A DNA stretch of 64,000 nucleotides, taken from a virus. Its lineage: Duplodnaviria; Heunggongvirae; Uroviricota; Caudoviricetes. A model generated the notes under the pieces. That model ran no database searches. It saw only the letters and a list, made by a program, of their open reading frames with translations, and was not told where the DNA came from. A program made the translations under genes and the position numbers. Below are positions 46,168 through 55,255 of this stretch, one piece after another (the stretch's first letter is position 1; every line of letters starts with the position of its first letter). The stretch is taken from the IMG/VR virus record IMGVR_UViG_3300046002_005803, positions 1 through 64,000 of that record, one strand, 5' to 3'.

Positions 46168-47507
46168 TCAAAACTAAAAAGACTCTCGCCTTCTTCCTCT
46201 GGTTCAAACGACGGGTCCTTACTCAAGTAAGTATCATCGTCCGTGTATAGTATACGAAACTTATGCTTGTTTGTCAATACTGATTTGATATCATCAATGC
46301 ATAACAAGCTACGACCTAACTGTGTATTAAAATCACTCAATTTAATTGTGGGTTCTTCGCATATCTTTGCAGTGTTGCTATTAGACTTCTTGCCTTCAAA
46401 TTCATTGAAGCAGGTATTCCACTTGTGAAATACAGTGGCTTCCACTTGTCGTGCATGTGTTAATGAATCTAAGTTGTACCAAGTTGCGGCGTGTTCAAAC
46501 GAATCATACAACTGTTTTGCTCGTTCAGCCATATTTTTCTTAGTACATTTATAGAAAAAATTCTCGTTGAAATTATTAGTCCAGCGTTGATTCTCTAATA
46601 CTAGTGTAGGCAACTGAATATGTTGCTCATAAAAAGCCATACCATAACTCTCTACATTACTTGGGTTAAAAGCAACTCTGCAACTGGTGATGAAGTCTAC
46701 TTTCGTTTGCCCAATGATACTAACACCAATCTTATAGTCAGTTATTCCCATCTTCTTAAATCGTTCTTCAAACTTCTTAGCACCGTTTGTATTAGTCATA
46801 ACTCGTGCAGGTAATTTAGTTTGTTCAATTAGTTCCAAGTAAAGTTCCGGGTTCTTACCTTCTTCCCATCTGCCAACAAACAATACACCATCACGCGGAT
46901 GGTGATGTTCTTCTAACAAACCTTGTTCGGTGATTGGAATTGGTAAATGATATGAATCATCAATCTCTAATTGATTGAATTTACTCTGTGTACCAATAAA
47001 TATACCAGTAGTAGTAAGCTGTTGACGCATCAACTCATTTGTGTTATGCAAAAAAGGATTACTGGTATCTCTGAAGATTTGACTTTCTAAATGAGTATAA
47101 GCAATTATCTGTATAACATCCTCTAGACCCATTGTACTTGCAACTTGTACAGTTTCATATGTATTGCATACTAATGCATCGTATATATTATGCTCTAATG
47201 CTTCAATGATACTATTGCGAAAGTTAGCCATGCGTTCATAACAAAATGTATCCCCGAACATAAAGATATTACTGTGGTCAGTGTACTTTAATGATTCATT
47301 TGGACAAACAATATTAGCTTTGAGAGATTTAACAAACTCACTATCTTGTGGTTTTTTATCTGTGATAATATCAACTTTAATATTATGAATATCCATCAAT
47401 TCACAAAAACTCTTAGCAAACTGTCCTATTCCACCATGCGGAATAAGATACTGGTAGCTAATTAGAAATCCAATTCGTTTGTTATATGTTCGCATTCTTA
47501 ACCTCAT
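46164..47507 (-). CDS. Glycosyltransferase, GT-B fold (GT4-like)
   Basis: N-terminal IGFLISYQYLIPHGGIGQFAKSF (GT4 N-terminal GG motif); C-terminal GVLFVGRWEEGKNPELYLE and ESYGMAFYEQ (E-x7-E). Confidence 0.5.
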   Translation of the reverse strand: MRLRMRTYNKRIGFLISYQYLIPHGGIGQFAKSFCELMDIHNIKVDIITDKKPQDSEFVKSLKANIVCPNESLKYTDHSNIFMFGDTFCYERMANFRNSIIEALEHNIYDALVCNTYETVQVASTMGLEDVIQIIAYTHLESQIFRDTSNPFLHNTNELMRQQLTTTGIFIGTQSKFNQLEIDDSYHLPIPITEQGLLEEHHHPRDGVLFVGRWEEGKNPELYLELIEQTKLPARVMTNTNGAKKFEERFKKMGITDYKIGVSIIGQTKVDFITSCRVAFNPSNVESYGMAFYEQHIQLPTLVLENQRWTNNFNENFFYKCTKKNMAERAKQLYDSFEHAATWYNLDSLTHARQVEATVFHKWNTCFNEFEGKKSNSNTAKICEEPTIKLSDFNTQLGRSLLCIDDIKSVLTNKHKFRILYTDDDTYLSKDPSFEPEEEGESLFSFE

Positions 47508-47676
47508 CTACCGTTGGAACAGTAATCCAATCAGTTAACTCATTTTGTTTTGTAATTTCACCTGTTTTTGGATTTAGTATACAGTAATCCGGTGTTTCTC
47601 TTTCAAAGCGATATTGTAGTATTTTTTCAGGGCCGTCCCAACCAGCTGTTATAAGCCAGCGCATTTCTAAATTCAT
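47482..47676 (-). CDS. Hypothetical small protein
   Basis: ORF only. Confidence 0.25.
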   Translation of the reverse strand: MNLEMRWLITAGWDGPEKILQYRFERETPDYCILNPKTGEITKQNELTDWITVPTVDEVKNANI

Positions 47677-47897
47677 ATTAAATCCTTTAATCTTGCTATT
47701 AAATATTCATTTTTATCATACCAGCGATATTCAAATATAGGCTCACCGGGACCTGTATACATTGCGGTAATACAATATGCGTACTCTAACCATAGTAGAC
47801 GATTTGTTATATGGCAATGTCTAGGCATAAGTGCAACCTTCAATTGTCTGCCCACAACATGGTCCATGAAGTAGTCATTAGGTATAGGACTGTACAC
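47673..47897 (-). CDS. Hypothetical small protein
   Basis: ORF only. Confidence 0.25.
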   Translation of the reverse strand: MYSPIPNDYFMDHVVGRQLKVALMPRHCHITNRLLWLEYAYCITAMYTGPGEPIFEYRWYDKNEYLIARLKDLI

Positions 47898-47997
47898 TAT
47901 TTAATTCCAGTATAGTCTCTGTCATTTTCATTTGAACGATAGCACATATAGAAAACCCCTACTATATACCCAAGTAAAAATCCCCAAAAGAAATCCA

Positions 47998-48846
47998 TTA
48001 GGTATTCCATGCGTTTTTAAAGAGTGGCACCTGAAGTCTATCACTATAACGCCAGCCTAACCGCATTGCTTCAAGTGCAACTGTTTTGGCATTCATGTTA
48101 TATACACTTTCAACTCCGCCACATGGCATCAAGTAAGCATTACCCCTAAATCCGTGAGTACGATATTGATTAACTGCTTCTTGTGCTTCTTCTACATCTT
48201 GTCTATTGGCCACAACAAACTTCAGATATGTATGACCTACTTGACTATATTCATCAATAATTTCAGGACATATTGCTTCTTCCCACTTCTCGCCACTGAT
48301 ACCAAGTTTAGGACTAACACTAAATGTTATTGCACCTCTAGAACGATTGATGGCCCATTGATGCAAGTAGGTTTTCAATTGATGTTGCAACGGTTGAGTG
48401 CCATTTGTTTCAAATGTTAGTTCTTGTAAACCCGTCATGTTTTCATGTGAAAGTAAATCAATATAACTGCGTTGCCAACCTAGCAAAGGTTCACCCCCTG
48501 TAATAACAAGATGTTCTTCCATCCAACGCTTGTGCGGAAGCATTGTCATAATACTTTCAACAATACTATCAGTAGTACGTATTGGACTGAAATCTTTGAA
48601 ACGAGGATCCCAACTTGCATAACTATCGCAACCTGTACTAACTAATGGTAGTTGGGTGTAAGCCGTGTAGTAATGCACACGGGCTGCGATATCTTCTACT
48701 TCACTACTTATTTCGCCCCTTGGCATACCAAACCCTGCACATTTGAAGTTGCAACCAAATGTTCGTAGGAAAATACTTGGTACTCCGATATATCGGCCTT
48801 CTCCTTGAATACTATAAAATAGTTCACTAATTTTTAATTTGCTCAT
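47998..48846 (-). CDS. queE: 7-carboxy-7-deazaguanine synthase QueE (radical SAM)
   Basis: N-terminal ELFYSIQGEGRYIGVPSIFLRTFGCNFKCAGFG matches the QueE signature (F.S.QGEG...G.P..F.R..GCN..C). Confidence 0.7.
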   Translation of the reverse strand: MSKLKISELFYSIQGEGRYIGVPSIFLRTFGCNFKCAGFGMPRGEISSEVEDIAARVHYYTAYTQLPLVSTGCDSYASWDPRFKDFSPIRTTDSIVESIMTMLPHKRWMEEHLVITGGEPLLGWQRSYIDLLSHENMTGLQELTFETNGTQPLQHQLKTYLHQWAINRSRGAITFSVSPKLGISGEKWEEAICPEIIDEYSQVGHTYLKFVVANRQDVEEAQEAVNQYRTHGFRGNAYLMPCGGVESVYNMNAKTVALEAMRLGWRYSDRLQVPLFKNAWNT

Positions 48847-49013
48847 TTTTTGATCCTTAATCTAACTAATTGCACCTGCTATGATAAACAAGTTTGTAAT
48901 GACATAGCATAACACAATACAAGTTCTAATACACGCAATACGGTCAGATTCTGTATCGGTTGTGCCCGCTTTCTCACCTAGGGATTTTGCCCATATTCTC
49001 CAAAATATCTTCA

Positions 49014-49232
49014 TTATTTCTTTAATGGCTTTAGAGGCATATCAGGAAATGAACCCCATGCTTGTTTCAATTCGGCTGAAACTCCTTCTGGTCCTCCACT
49101 ATTTACCCACGCACGATTGATAACAACAGTTGGATTACCATTGACTATAACATATCGTGTAAGAAAGTCACTGTAATCATAAGTACCATCAGGTACCCAT
49201 TTAAACATTTTAAAGTCTGAATCAGAACTCAT
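49014..49232 (-). CDS. Hypothetical small protein
   Basis: ORF only. Confidence 0.25.
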   Translation of the reverse strand: MSSDSDFKMFKWVPDGTYDYSDFLTRYVIVNGNPTVVINRAWVNSGGPEGVSAELKQAWGSFPDMPLKPLKK

Positions 49233-49732
49233 TCAAACAAATCCTCATTCCATTCACGATGCCCCTCTCTAAAAGCCATATTTGCCTGTGTTTCACGTAC
49301 TTCAACCCGATAGCACCACAAACGCTTTGCTTCACTTTCACCCCACATATCAGGAATGTAAACCCCGTTAACATACTTGTATAGCATATCTGCAAGACTT
49401 TCACATCCTAAGTTGGGGAGAATAGTTAATTTCATAATGCCACGATGTTCCGCCTGCACATACCAGTCTAGATGTGGATCTGATTCAGCCACTAATGTTG
49501 TATGGTCAAATTGACTCTCTAATGTTTGCTTTAGTTCTTTCAAGCCGCCATAATCCGCAGCCCATCGGCGCGCATCTAAGTCGTTTGTTCCAAAATAGAA
49601 CTTCATTGAGAAGCTATAACCATGTAAAAACTGGCAATGGCTGTCGGCTTTGTACTGTCTATAAGCACAGGGGAACGCATCGTGATACTCTTTTGTGGAA
49701 GTCCACTTATATGTTACTGGTAGTTGTGTCAT
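49229..49732 (-). CDS. queD: 6-carboxy-5,6,7,8-tetrahydropterin synthase QueD-like (PTPS family)
   Basis: FPCAYRQYKADSHCQFLHGYSF compares with QueD FEAAHRL...KCGRLHGHSF (CxxxHG(H/Y) zinc motif). Start moved to the ATG at 49732 (MTQLPVTY) to abut the upstream gene. Confidence 0.6.
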   Translation of the reverse strand: MTQLPVTYKWTSTKEYHDAFPCAYRQYKADSHCQFLHGYSFSMKFYFGTNDLDARRWAADYGGLKELKQTLESQFDHTTLVAESDPHLDWYVQAEHRGIMKLTILPNLGCESLADMLYKYVNGVYIPDMWGESEAKRLWCYRVEVRETQANMAFREGHREWNEDLFE

Positions 49733-49733
49733 T

Positions 49734-50213
49734 TTACTTATCTTTTTGATGTGCGTCCGCAACTCGTTTACGTAGACTTGAACTACTGAAACTGTGATCA
49801 CGCTCATTAAATACTATTTCAATTCTGCGAGTTTGACAAATATCGCTACCCGTAAAATCCTTATCTTTGTATTCTACACCCAAGATACGAACATCAATAG
49901 GTAGTATGAGTAGAATATCTTCCAAGTCCTTCTCAGTATTGTAAACAACAATTTCATCTACAAAACGGACAGCACTTAAACTAATCTGCCTCTCAACAAT
50001 ACTTTGAATAGGAGCATTCTTCTCCGCTCTATCCCATTGTGCGTTATTCTGCAAACCAGCAATAAGATAGTCGCAATGATTTTTAGCTTCACTAAGCATT
50101 GCAATATGCCCGGCATGTAGAATATCAAATTGGGAGAATACGATACCTATCTTAAGCCCTTGTTGTTTTAGTTCTTTGATTCTGTTGAATATCATTTTTT
50201 TAATGTTCTCCAC
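49734..50213 (-). CDS. Cytidylyltransferase-like nucleotidyltransferase (HxGH family)
   Basis: GIVFSQFDILHAGHIAML has the (T/H)xGH motif; about 160 aa as in TagD/RfaE-domain-II-type enzymes. Confidence 0.55.
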   Translation of the reverse strand: MENIKKMIFNRIKELKQQGLKIGIVFSQFDILHAGHIAMLSEAKNHCDYLIAGLQNNAQWDRAEKNAPIQSIVERQISLSAVRFVDEIVVYNTEKDLEDILLILPIDVRILGVEYKDKDFTGSDICQTRRIEIVFNERDHSFSSSSLRKRVADAHQKDK

Positions 50214-50503
50214 ATCTTTATTTTAGAATGTTCATCAAGAAATTCTTCTTCGCCGGCGAATGTAGGTGAATCAGCCATAATCTCATCAAGCAACCACTTG
50301 ATACGATGTAAGTCTTTTTTGATTTCAAACTGATTGAAACCATCGTTGTAGTTGCTATGCAATTCTATTCCAGCTGTGTAAATTTGATGATGAACACCGG
50401 TATAGTCCATTGGTTTACGAAATCCCATTTTTTCCTCTGCATGTACAGTTACGACCTTGATTACAATTTCCGGTACATACCGAGTTTGTACTTTTCCAAG
50501 CAT
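50192..50503 (-). CDS. Hypothetical protein
   Basis: ORF only. Confidence 0.3.
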   Translation of the reverse strand: MLGKVQTRYVPEIVIKVVTVHAEEKMGFRKPMDYTGVHHQIYTAGIELHSNYNDGFNQFEIKKDLHRIKWLLDEIMADSPTFAGEEEFLDEHSKIKMWRTLKK

Positions 50504-50596
50504 TAGTAAATATTGATATAAATGCTGCTAGCAGTGGATTTAGTATATATCCAATTATAATTCCCATCATCAAATTGTCTATATTGATCCAGTTCA

Positions 50597-51271
50597 TTAT
50601 CGTCCCCTTGCTAATTGATAGAATTCTGCTCTAGCTGCTGGATCAGTTTTAAACCCACCACCTAATCTACTTGTTACAGTACTACTACCCGTATCCTCAA
50701 CTCCCCTGCTTTTCACACAGTAATGTTGTGCGTCAACCATAACCGCAACATCTTCTGTTTCAAGTATGTATTGTAATGCGTGAAAGACTTGTTCTGTTAA
50801 TCGTTCTTGGATTTGTGGTCGCTTGCTAAAGTATTCTACGATACGATTGATTTTACTCAATCCAAGTACCTTTTGTTTAGGCACATATGCGACAGTTGCT
50901 AGACCGGAGATAATCACTAAATGATGTTCACAATTACTTTGTACATTAATATTGCGTTCACATACCATTTCATTGTACTTCATTTTGTTATCAACTGCGG
51001 TACATTTAGGGAATGCTTCGTAATCAAGACCCCAAAAGATTTCGTTGACATACATTTTTGCTACACGCTTTGGGGTATCCATTAAACTATCGTCTGATAA
51101 GTCAAGACCTAAGATACGCATAATATGTGCAAAGTGCGCTTCAATATGGTCTATCTTTTCTTTACGGTCGTAGTTGTTTGGGATAGTAGGAGTTTCAACT
51201 CCCATCTTAACTAAATGTTCGTGTACTCGTTGACCCAACTCTGGGTCTGTTTTTTGCTTATTATACGCCAT
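50597..51271 (-). CDS. folE: GTP cyclohydrolase I (FolE)
   Basis: DTPKRVAKMY, NVQSNCEHHLV (CEHH), QERLT motifs in canonical order. Confidence 0.85.
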   Translation of the reverse strand: MAYNKQKTDPELGQRVHEHLVKMGVETPTIPNNYDRKEKIDHIEAHFAHIMRILGLDLSDDSLMDTPKRVAKMYVNEIFWGLDYEAFPKCTAVDNKMKYNEMVCERNINVQSNCEHHLVIISGLATVAYVPKQKVLGLSKINRIVEYFSKRPQIQERLTEQVFHALQYILETEDVAVMVDAQHYCVKSRGVEDTGSSTVTSRLGGGFKTDPAARAEFYQLARGR

Positions 51272-51437
51272 AGATAACCTTCCTTTGTGATGGTTTTTGT
51301 TTTGAAATGTAAACTACCGTTGTGTATCTTACATTTTATTTATCACAGATTAAGCCTTAGCTTCTTTTCTTGCTGCTTTTTCAGCGGTAATTTCGTTACG
51401 GCGATCCTTAACCGCTTTAGCTAGTTCACCCAATACC

Positions 51438-51644
51438 TCATGGACGAACCGTTTCCTGCCACTGATCTCTTGCAACTTTACCAGATGCAAGTTTTGTATA
51501 CTGACGATACACATAACTACGTTGGTCGTAGAGTTCTGCTTCGTTGTACTTATAACCAAAATCCACACAGAATGTTAGATATTTCTCTAGGTCCTCAAAG
51601 ATTTGAGTAACACGTGGGTTTGATTGAAAAGTTTGTTTTGCCAT
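51438..51644 (-). CDS. Hypothetical small protein (region of three mutually overlapping small ORFs)
   Basis: ORF only. Confidence 0.25.
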   Translation of the reverse strand: MAKQTFQSNPRVTQIFEDLEKYLTFCVDFGYKYNEAELYDQRSYVYRQYTKLASGKVARDQWQETVRP

Positions 51645-51656
51645 GTTATATTCCTT

Positions 51657-52109
51657 TTAAATAGCGAGTGATTGATACGGGTGAGTTTTACTATAAAAAA
51701 TCGTAGCACCATTCTCATTGTCCTCTGAGACTGTGATAGTGATATTACGATTTGGATACCGAGTTGCAATAACCTCATAAAGATCATCACTAATCATTTC
51801 ACAACTTTTATGGTTCAATTCAAGAATATTACCGGCATAGAGATTTTCTAACCAGCGTTTTACTTGAATAAATTCCAAATCACGGTCGTTGTGAAATACT
51901 TCCATAGTCACTTCAAAATGAAAGATGTGACGATGCAAAGTTCCTAAAAAGCTAACATCATACTCATCACCTGTAGCAAGTGCTGGGTCTGTTGCTGCTG
52001 CCGGGTAACAATGAATACCCTCTTTCTGAAAACGTACAAAAATTGTACGAATTGCTTTTTCTTTAATGCGCTGCCGCTTTTCTGCTTGTGCTTGTATCAT
52101 CTGTTCCAT
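51657..52109 (-). CDS. Hypothetical protein within the deazapurine cluster
   Basis: HCYPAAATDPA loosely recalls the QueF CP.TGQPD segment; not convincing. Confidence 0.3.
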   Translation of the reverse strand: MEQMIQAQAEKRQRIKEKAIRTIFVRFQKEGIHCYPAAATDPALATGDEYDVSFLGTLHRHIFHFEVTMEVFHNDRDLEFIQVKRWLENLYAGNILELNHKSCEMISDDLYEVIATRYPNRNITITVSEDNENGATIFYSKTHPYQSLAI

Positions 52110-52277
52110 TATCTATCCCTTTTGTAATCATATGTATCACGTATACTTGCCCACTGCAACTTATTAAGTCGCTGTATGTTATAGTATATCATACTATGTT
52201 GTGATTGCATAGCTTTACGGGAATCTTTGTCAAAGTTATCAACCTTTTTTTCTATTGCAATTTGTTGGCTATACATA

Positions 52278-53864
52278 TTACTCCAAAACTAATGCGATAG
52301 CATCATCACTATCTTCTAGTTCTTCTAACGGTTCTTCATCTACTGAAAACAATTCATCAAACATACTCATAGCATTAACAGTTTTCTTACCACTAATACC
52401 CTGACTACCTGATTGGAATTGTTTCCAATAACTATTATGAAAATCAATCAAATCTAGTGATTCTTGTTTAGTTTTCTTTGCAAAGATTTCATCAACTAAT
52501 TGAGTAAAGAACCTATCACCTTCAAACTTATGTACTAACATCTTTGGAACTACACCTTGTTCATACTGACGATTAGCCTCTTGAACTGCATTCATATGCA
52601 TCCAAACATTGTGACTTTGTAACAGTGTATAACTTAATGTATCCCAACTTGTTTTAGTTTCTTTACCGTGCTGTCCCAAGAAACCTACACCACGATAACA
52701 TAAATCTTTCATAACTAATGCATCAGTTACTGGACTATCTGTAAATAATTTATGTATACCATCAGCTAATACAGCATCACGATACTTGCGATTATCATTG
52801 GCATAACTTTTCTTTTCAGCAGTCTTTTCCATGCTGTAAGACCATTTTTTATTATGCTGGATATTAGTATTGAAATATGCCAATCCTTTAGCAGCACTAA
52901 AGAATGGGCTGGCACAGTCAAATGTAATTTGTAGTTTTGGATTATGATACTTTCGTATTGCCTTCTGTATATCAGTAAACAACACAGCATATTCCAAGAT
53001 ACTTGTTCCCAAGCAATGAATCAAATCATGCTTACCTTCAACTAACAATCCATCATGGATAATACCAACTAATCTACGTAGCATTAAATGTATATCAATC
53101 TTGTTCTGTCCACCGAATGCCCAGCCATTGAAATGATTATCTGGAAAGATGTTAGTATCGCAATACTTTTTCATTTCTTCATACCAATCATCTGATTGAG
53201 TATGATTGCGACCCTGTAATACATTTAATAACTTGCATTTCCCTGAGCGATTATTTATAAAGTATTCGTTATTAATATGTGTAGCTGCAATGGCTTCTTC
53301 AATAGTACTGATACCGTGTAAACTGTTGCCGTTCTTATCTTTCATTCCAAATGTAGTCAATGATTGACTTGGAATATCTAAACACATACCATAATCCATG
53401 TATGTGTCCATCCAATTCAATACTGCTTTACGCTTTACCATAGCCCGTGGACAGTTGGGATCCTTCCAATCAGCTGGCCATTGACCTTTTAAAATCTGAA
53501 AGCCACCACTATCGCCCAATATGAATGTACCTTCTTCACGTTCACGGATGATTGATTCACTTGAATCATCTTTGGTAGTATCCAAATTAGCGTGACCAGC
53601 ACTGTATAGTCCCCACTTGTAGTAGTAAAGACCTTCTTTGCTGTTAAGAAAGTTTAGTTTCTCTACATCACCTTTGAAACTGGCAGGGATACGTGCTTGG
53701 TCAAAATAGTTTTCACCCTTACGTTGCTTACCCAAGCCAGCAATATAAAAACTACTGACTGCGGGTAAGAACAATGCCCAATCTGGGTTATGCTTCGCTG
53801 ATAGATTATCTTGTTTCAATTGATACTCTTGATCATTTCTTATTAGCTGGCAACAAGTAAACAT
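52278..53864 (-). CDS. tRNA-guanine-transglycosylase-superfamily protein, DpdA-like (candidate DNA 7-deazaguanine transglycosylase)
   Basis: ILGDSGGFQIL matches the TGT substrate-pocket motif (DSGGFQ); 528 aa; sits among FolE/QueD/QueE. Confidence 0.5.
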   Translation of the reverse strand: MFTCCQLIRNDQEYQLKQDNLSAKHNPDWALFLPAVSSFYIAGLGKQRKGENYFDQARIPASFKGDVEKLNFLNSKEGLYYYKWGLYSAGHANLDTTKDDSSESIIREREEGTFILGDSGGFQILKGQWPADWKDPNCPRAMVKRKAVLNWMDTYMDYGMCLDIPSQSLTTFGMKDKNGNSLHGISTIEEAIAATHINNEYFINNRSGKCKLLNVLQGRNHTQSDDWYEEMKKYCDTNIFPDNHFNGWAFGGQNKIDIHLMLRRLVGIIHDGLLVEGKHDLIHCLGTSILEYAVLFTDIQKAIRKYHNPKLQITFDCASPFFSAAKGLAYFNTNIQHNKKWSYSMEKTAEKKSYANDNRKYRDAVLADGIHKLFTDSPVTDALVMKDLCYRGVGFLGQHGKETKTSWDTLSYTLLQSHNVWMHMNAVQEANRQYEQGVVPKMLVHKFEGDRFFTQLVDEIFAKKTKQESLDLIDFHNSYWKQFQSGSQGISGKKTVNAMSMFDELFSVDEEPLEELEDSDDAIALVLE

Positions 53865-54564
53865 AAATTGCTATACCACTATCAACTGTGATTTCCGTTG
53901 CACCTTGTTCACTAATCTTAACTGTCTTGTCCCCGACTAAATCCATGATACTCAAGAATTCTTTAACGGGCCACTTATGTGTACCAGCTAGTGTTCCGGT
54001 AACTGGAGTATTGAATACAAAGTTACCGCTATGTGTTGATGCGTCACCAAAGTATACTTTCAAATCACTTCCATCAGTTTTGAATACAAAATGATCTTCT
54101 TCGCTATTTGCTTGTGATTGCTTCTTAAGTCGTTGAATACCAGCAATTGTAGGTTCAAATTCAACATTCCACTTAGCACCCTTAAAGGATACACTTTTAA
54201 CTTTCTCGTCAACTACACTTTTAAGCATAAGACGATAATCATTAACAAAGTCACCACTCTTTGTTTCAAAGTGAATAGTAGAAGGTACATCTACCCCGTC
54301 ACGTTGAGTACGAACAACATTAATTTTAGATGTTCCGTCATATTCATCAAACCCAATAATTGTCTTGAGTTTATTCAAGTTGGGCATTCCGAATACACCA
54401 ATAAAGTCGGCAATCGGATCTTTGAATGTACCACTAATAATTACGCTTTTGTTTTCTGCTACCGCATTGATTACTGTTTCAGTATCAGTACCTGTAACTT
54501 TAATCAGTTCAATTGTACCAAGACCAAGAGTATGATCAATTAAGTCTTTTAAAAAATCTTTCAT
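53833..54564 (-). CDS. Sliding clamp (T4 gp45-like)
   Basis: Start at the ATG at 54564 (MKDFLKD), which has an AAAGGAAAC RBS; 243 aa; C-terminal YFGDASTHSGNF compares with T4 gp45 VALEADSTHDF; lies close to the polymerase gene (separated by the 2OG-Fe(II) oxygenase gene). Confidence 0.5.
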   Translation of the reverse strand: MKDFLKDLIDHTLGLGTIELIKVTGTDTETVINAVAENKSVIISGTFKDPIADFIGVFGMPNLNKLKTIIGFDEYDGTSKINVVRTQRDGVDVPSTIHFETKSGDFVNDYRLMLKSVVDEKVKSVSFKGAKWNVEFEPTIAGIQRLKKQSQANSEEDHFVFKTDGSDLKVYFGDASTHSGNFVFNTPVTGTLAGTHKWPVKEFLSIMDLVGDKTVKISEQGATEITVDSGIAIYVYLLPANKK

Positions 54565-54623
54565 TTTGTTTCCTTTGTATGTTAAATTGTACACGTTTTT
54601 AATAAAATATGCATTTAATATGT

Positions 54624-55190
54624 TCACTTCCAATATGGGCCCCATGCCCAACAATTCAGTGACCATCGTTCACCTGCTGTTATTGGTTTTACTTCATGTA
54701 AATAGAATGCAGGTAAAATGGTCAATGATCCTATTGTTTTACTTACCGCATTCCTAATTACATGAAGATTGCCTCCCTGATATTCTGATCCATCAGTTAA
54801 TTGCAATAGCATTGTTAATTTTCGTTCAGTACCTGCTGTGCCATAATATTGGTCAACATGTTCTGTGACGTAATCTCCTTCGCTATATCTTTTTATCTCA
54901 TATTGTTCTACATGAGTTACATGAAAACCATAATAGTTAAACGCTTCTTCCCAAATAGGAGACAATATTTCGTGTAATTTATTGTCATTCCAATTTAAAG
55001 GTACTCTACAAGTATGGCATTCAATGTCCCAATGTTTGGGAGTACGATTAACAGAACGATGCCAGCCTGATTCACTGCTTAATGCAAACTCTCGTAGTGA
55101 ATGGCAAATATCAAAACTTAATGCTTTTTCTTTTTTAAATAATTTTATTGGGAAACTATTATTTCTAGTAAATTCAATTTGTTGTATCAT
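54624..55190 (-). CDS. 2OG-Fe(II) oxygenase (prolyl-4-hydroxylase-like)
   Basis: HVDQYYG...LHVIRN...HEVKPI form an HxD...H triad plus an Arg in the jelly-roll region; common in T4-like phages. Confidence 0.6.
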   Translation of the reverse strand: MIQQIEFTRNNSFPIKLFKKEKALSFDICHSLREFALSSESGWHRSVNRTPKHWDIECHTCRVPLNWNDNKLHEILSPIWEEAFNYYGFHVTHVEQYEIKRYSEGDYVTEHVDQYYGTAGTERKLTMLLQLTDGSEYQGGNLHVIRNAVSKTIGSLTILPAFYLHEVKPITAGERWSLNCWAWGPYWK

Positions 55191-55255
55191 AATAATATAT
55201 TTAAATGTCCCTGTTGCGTATTATAACGGAATATTTTACTAAAAGCAATAGCAGT

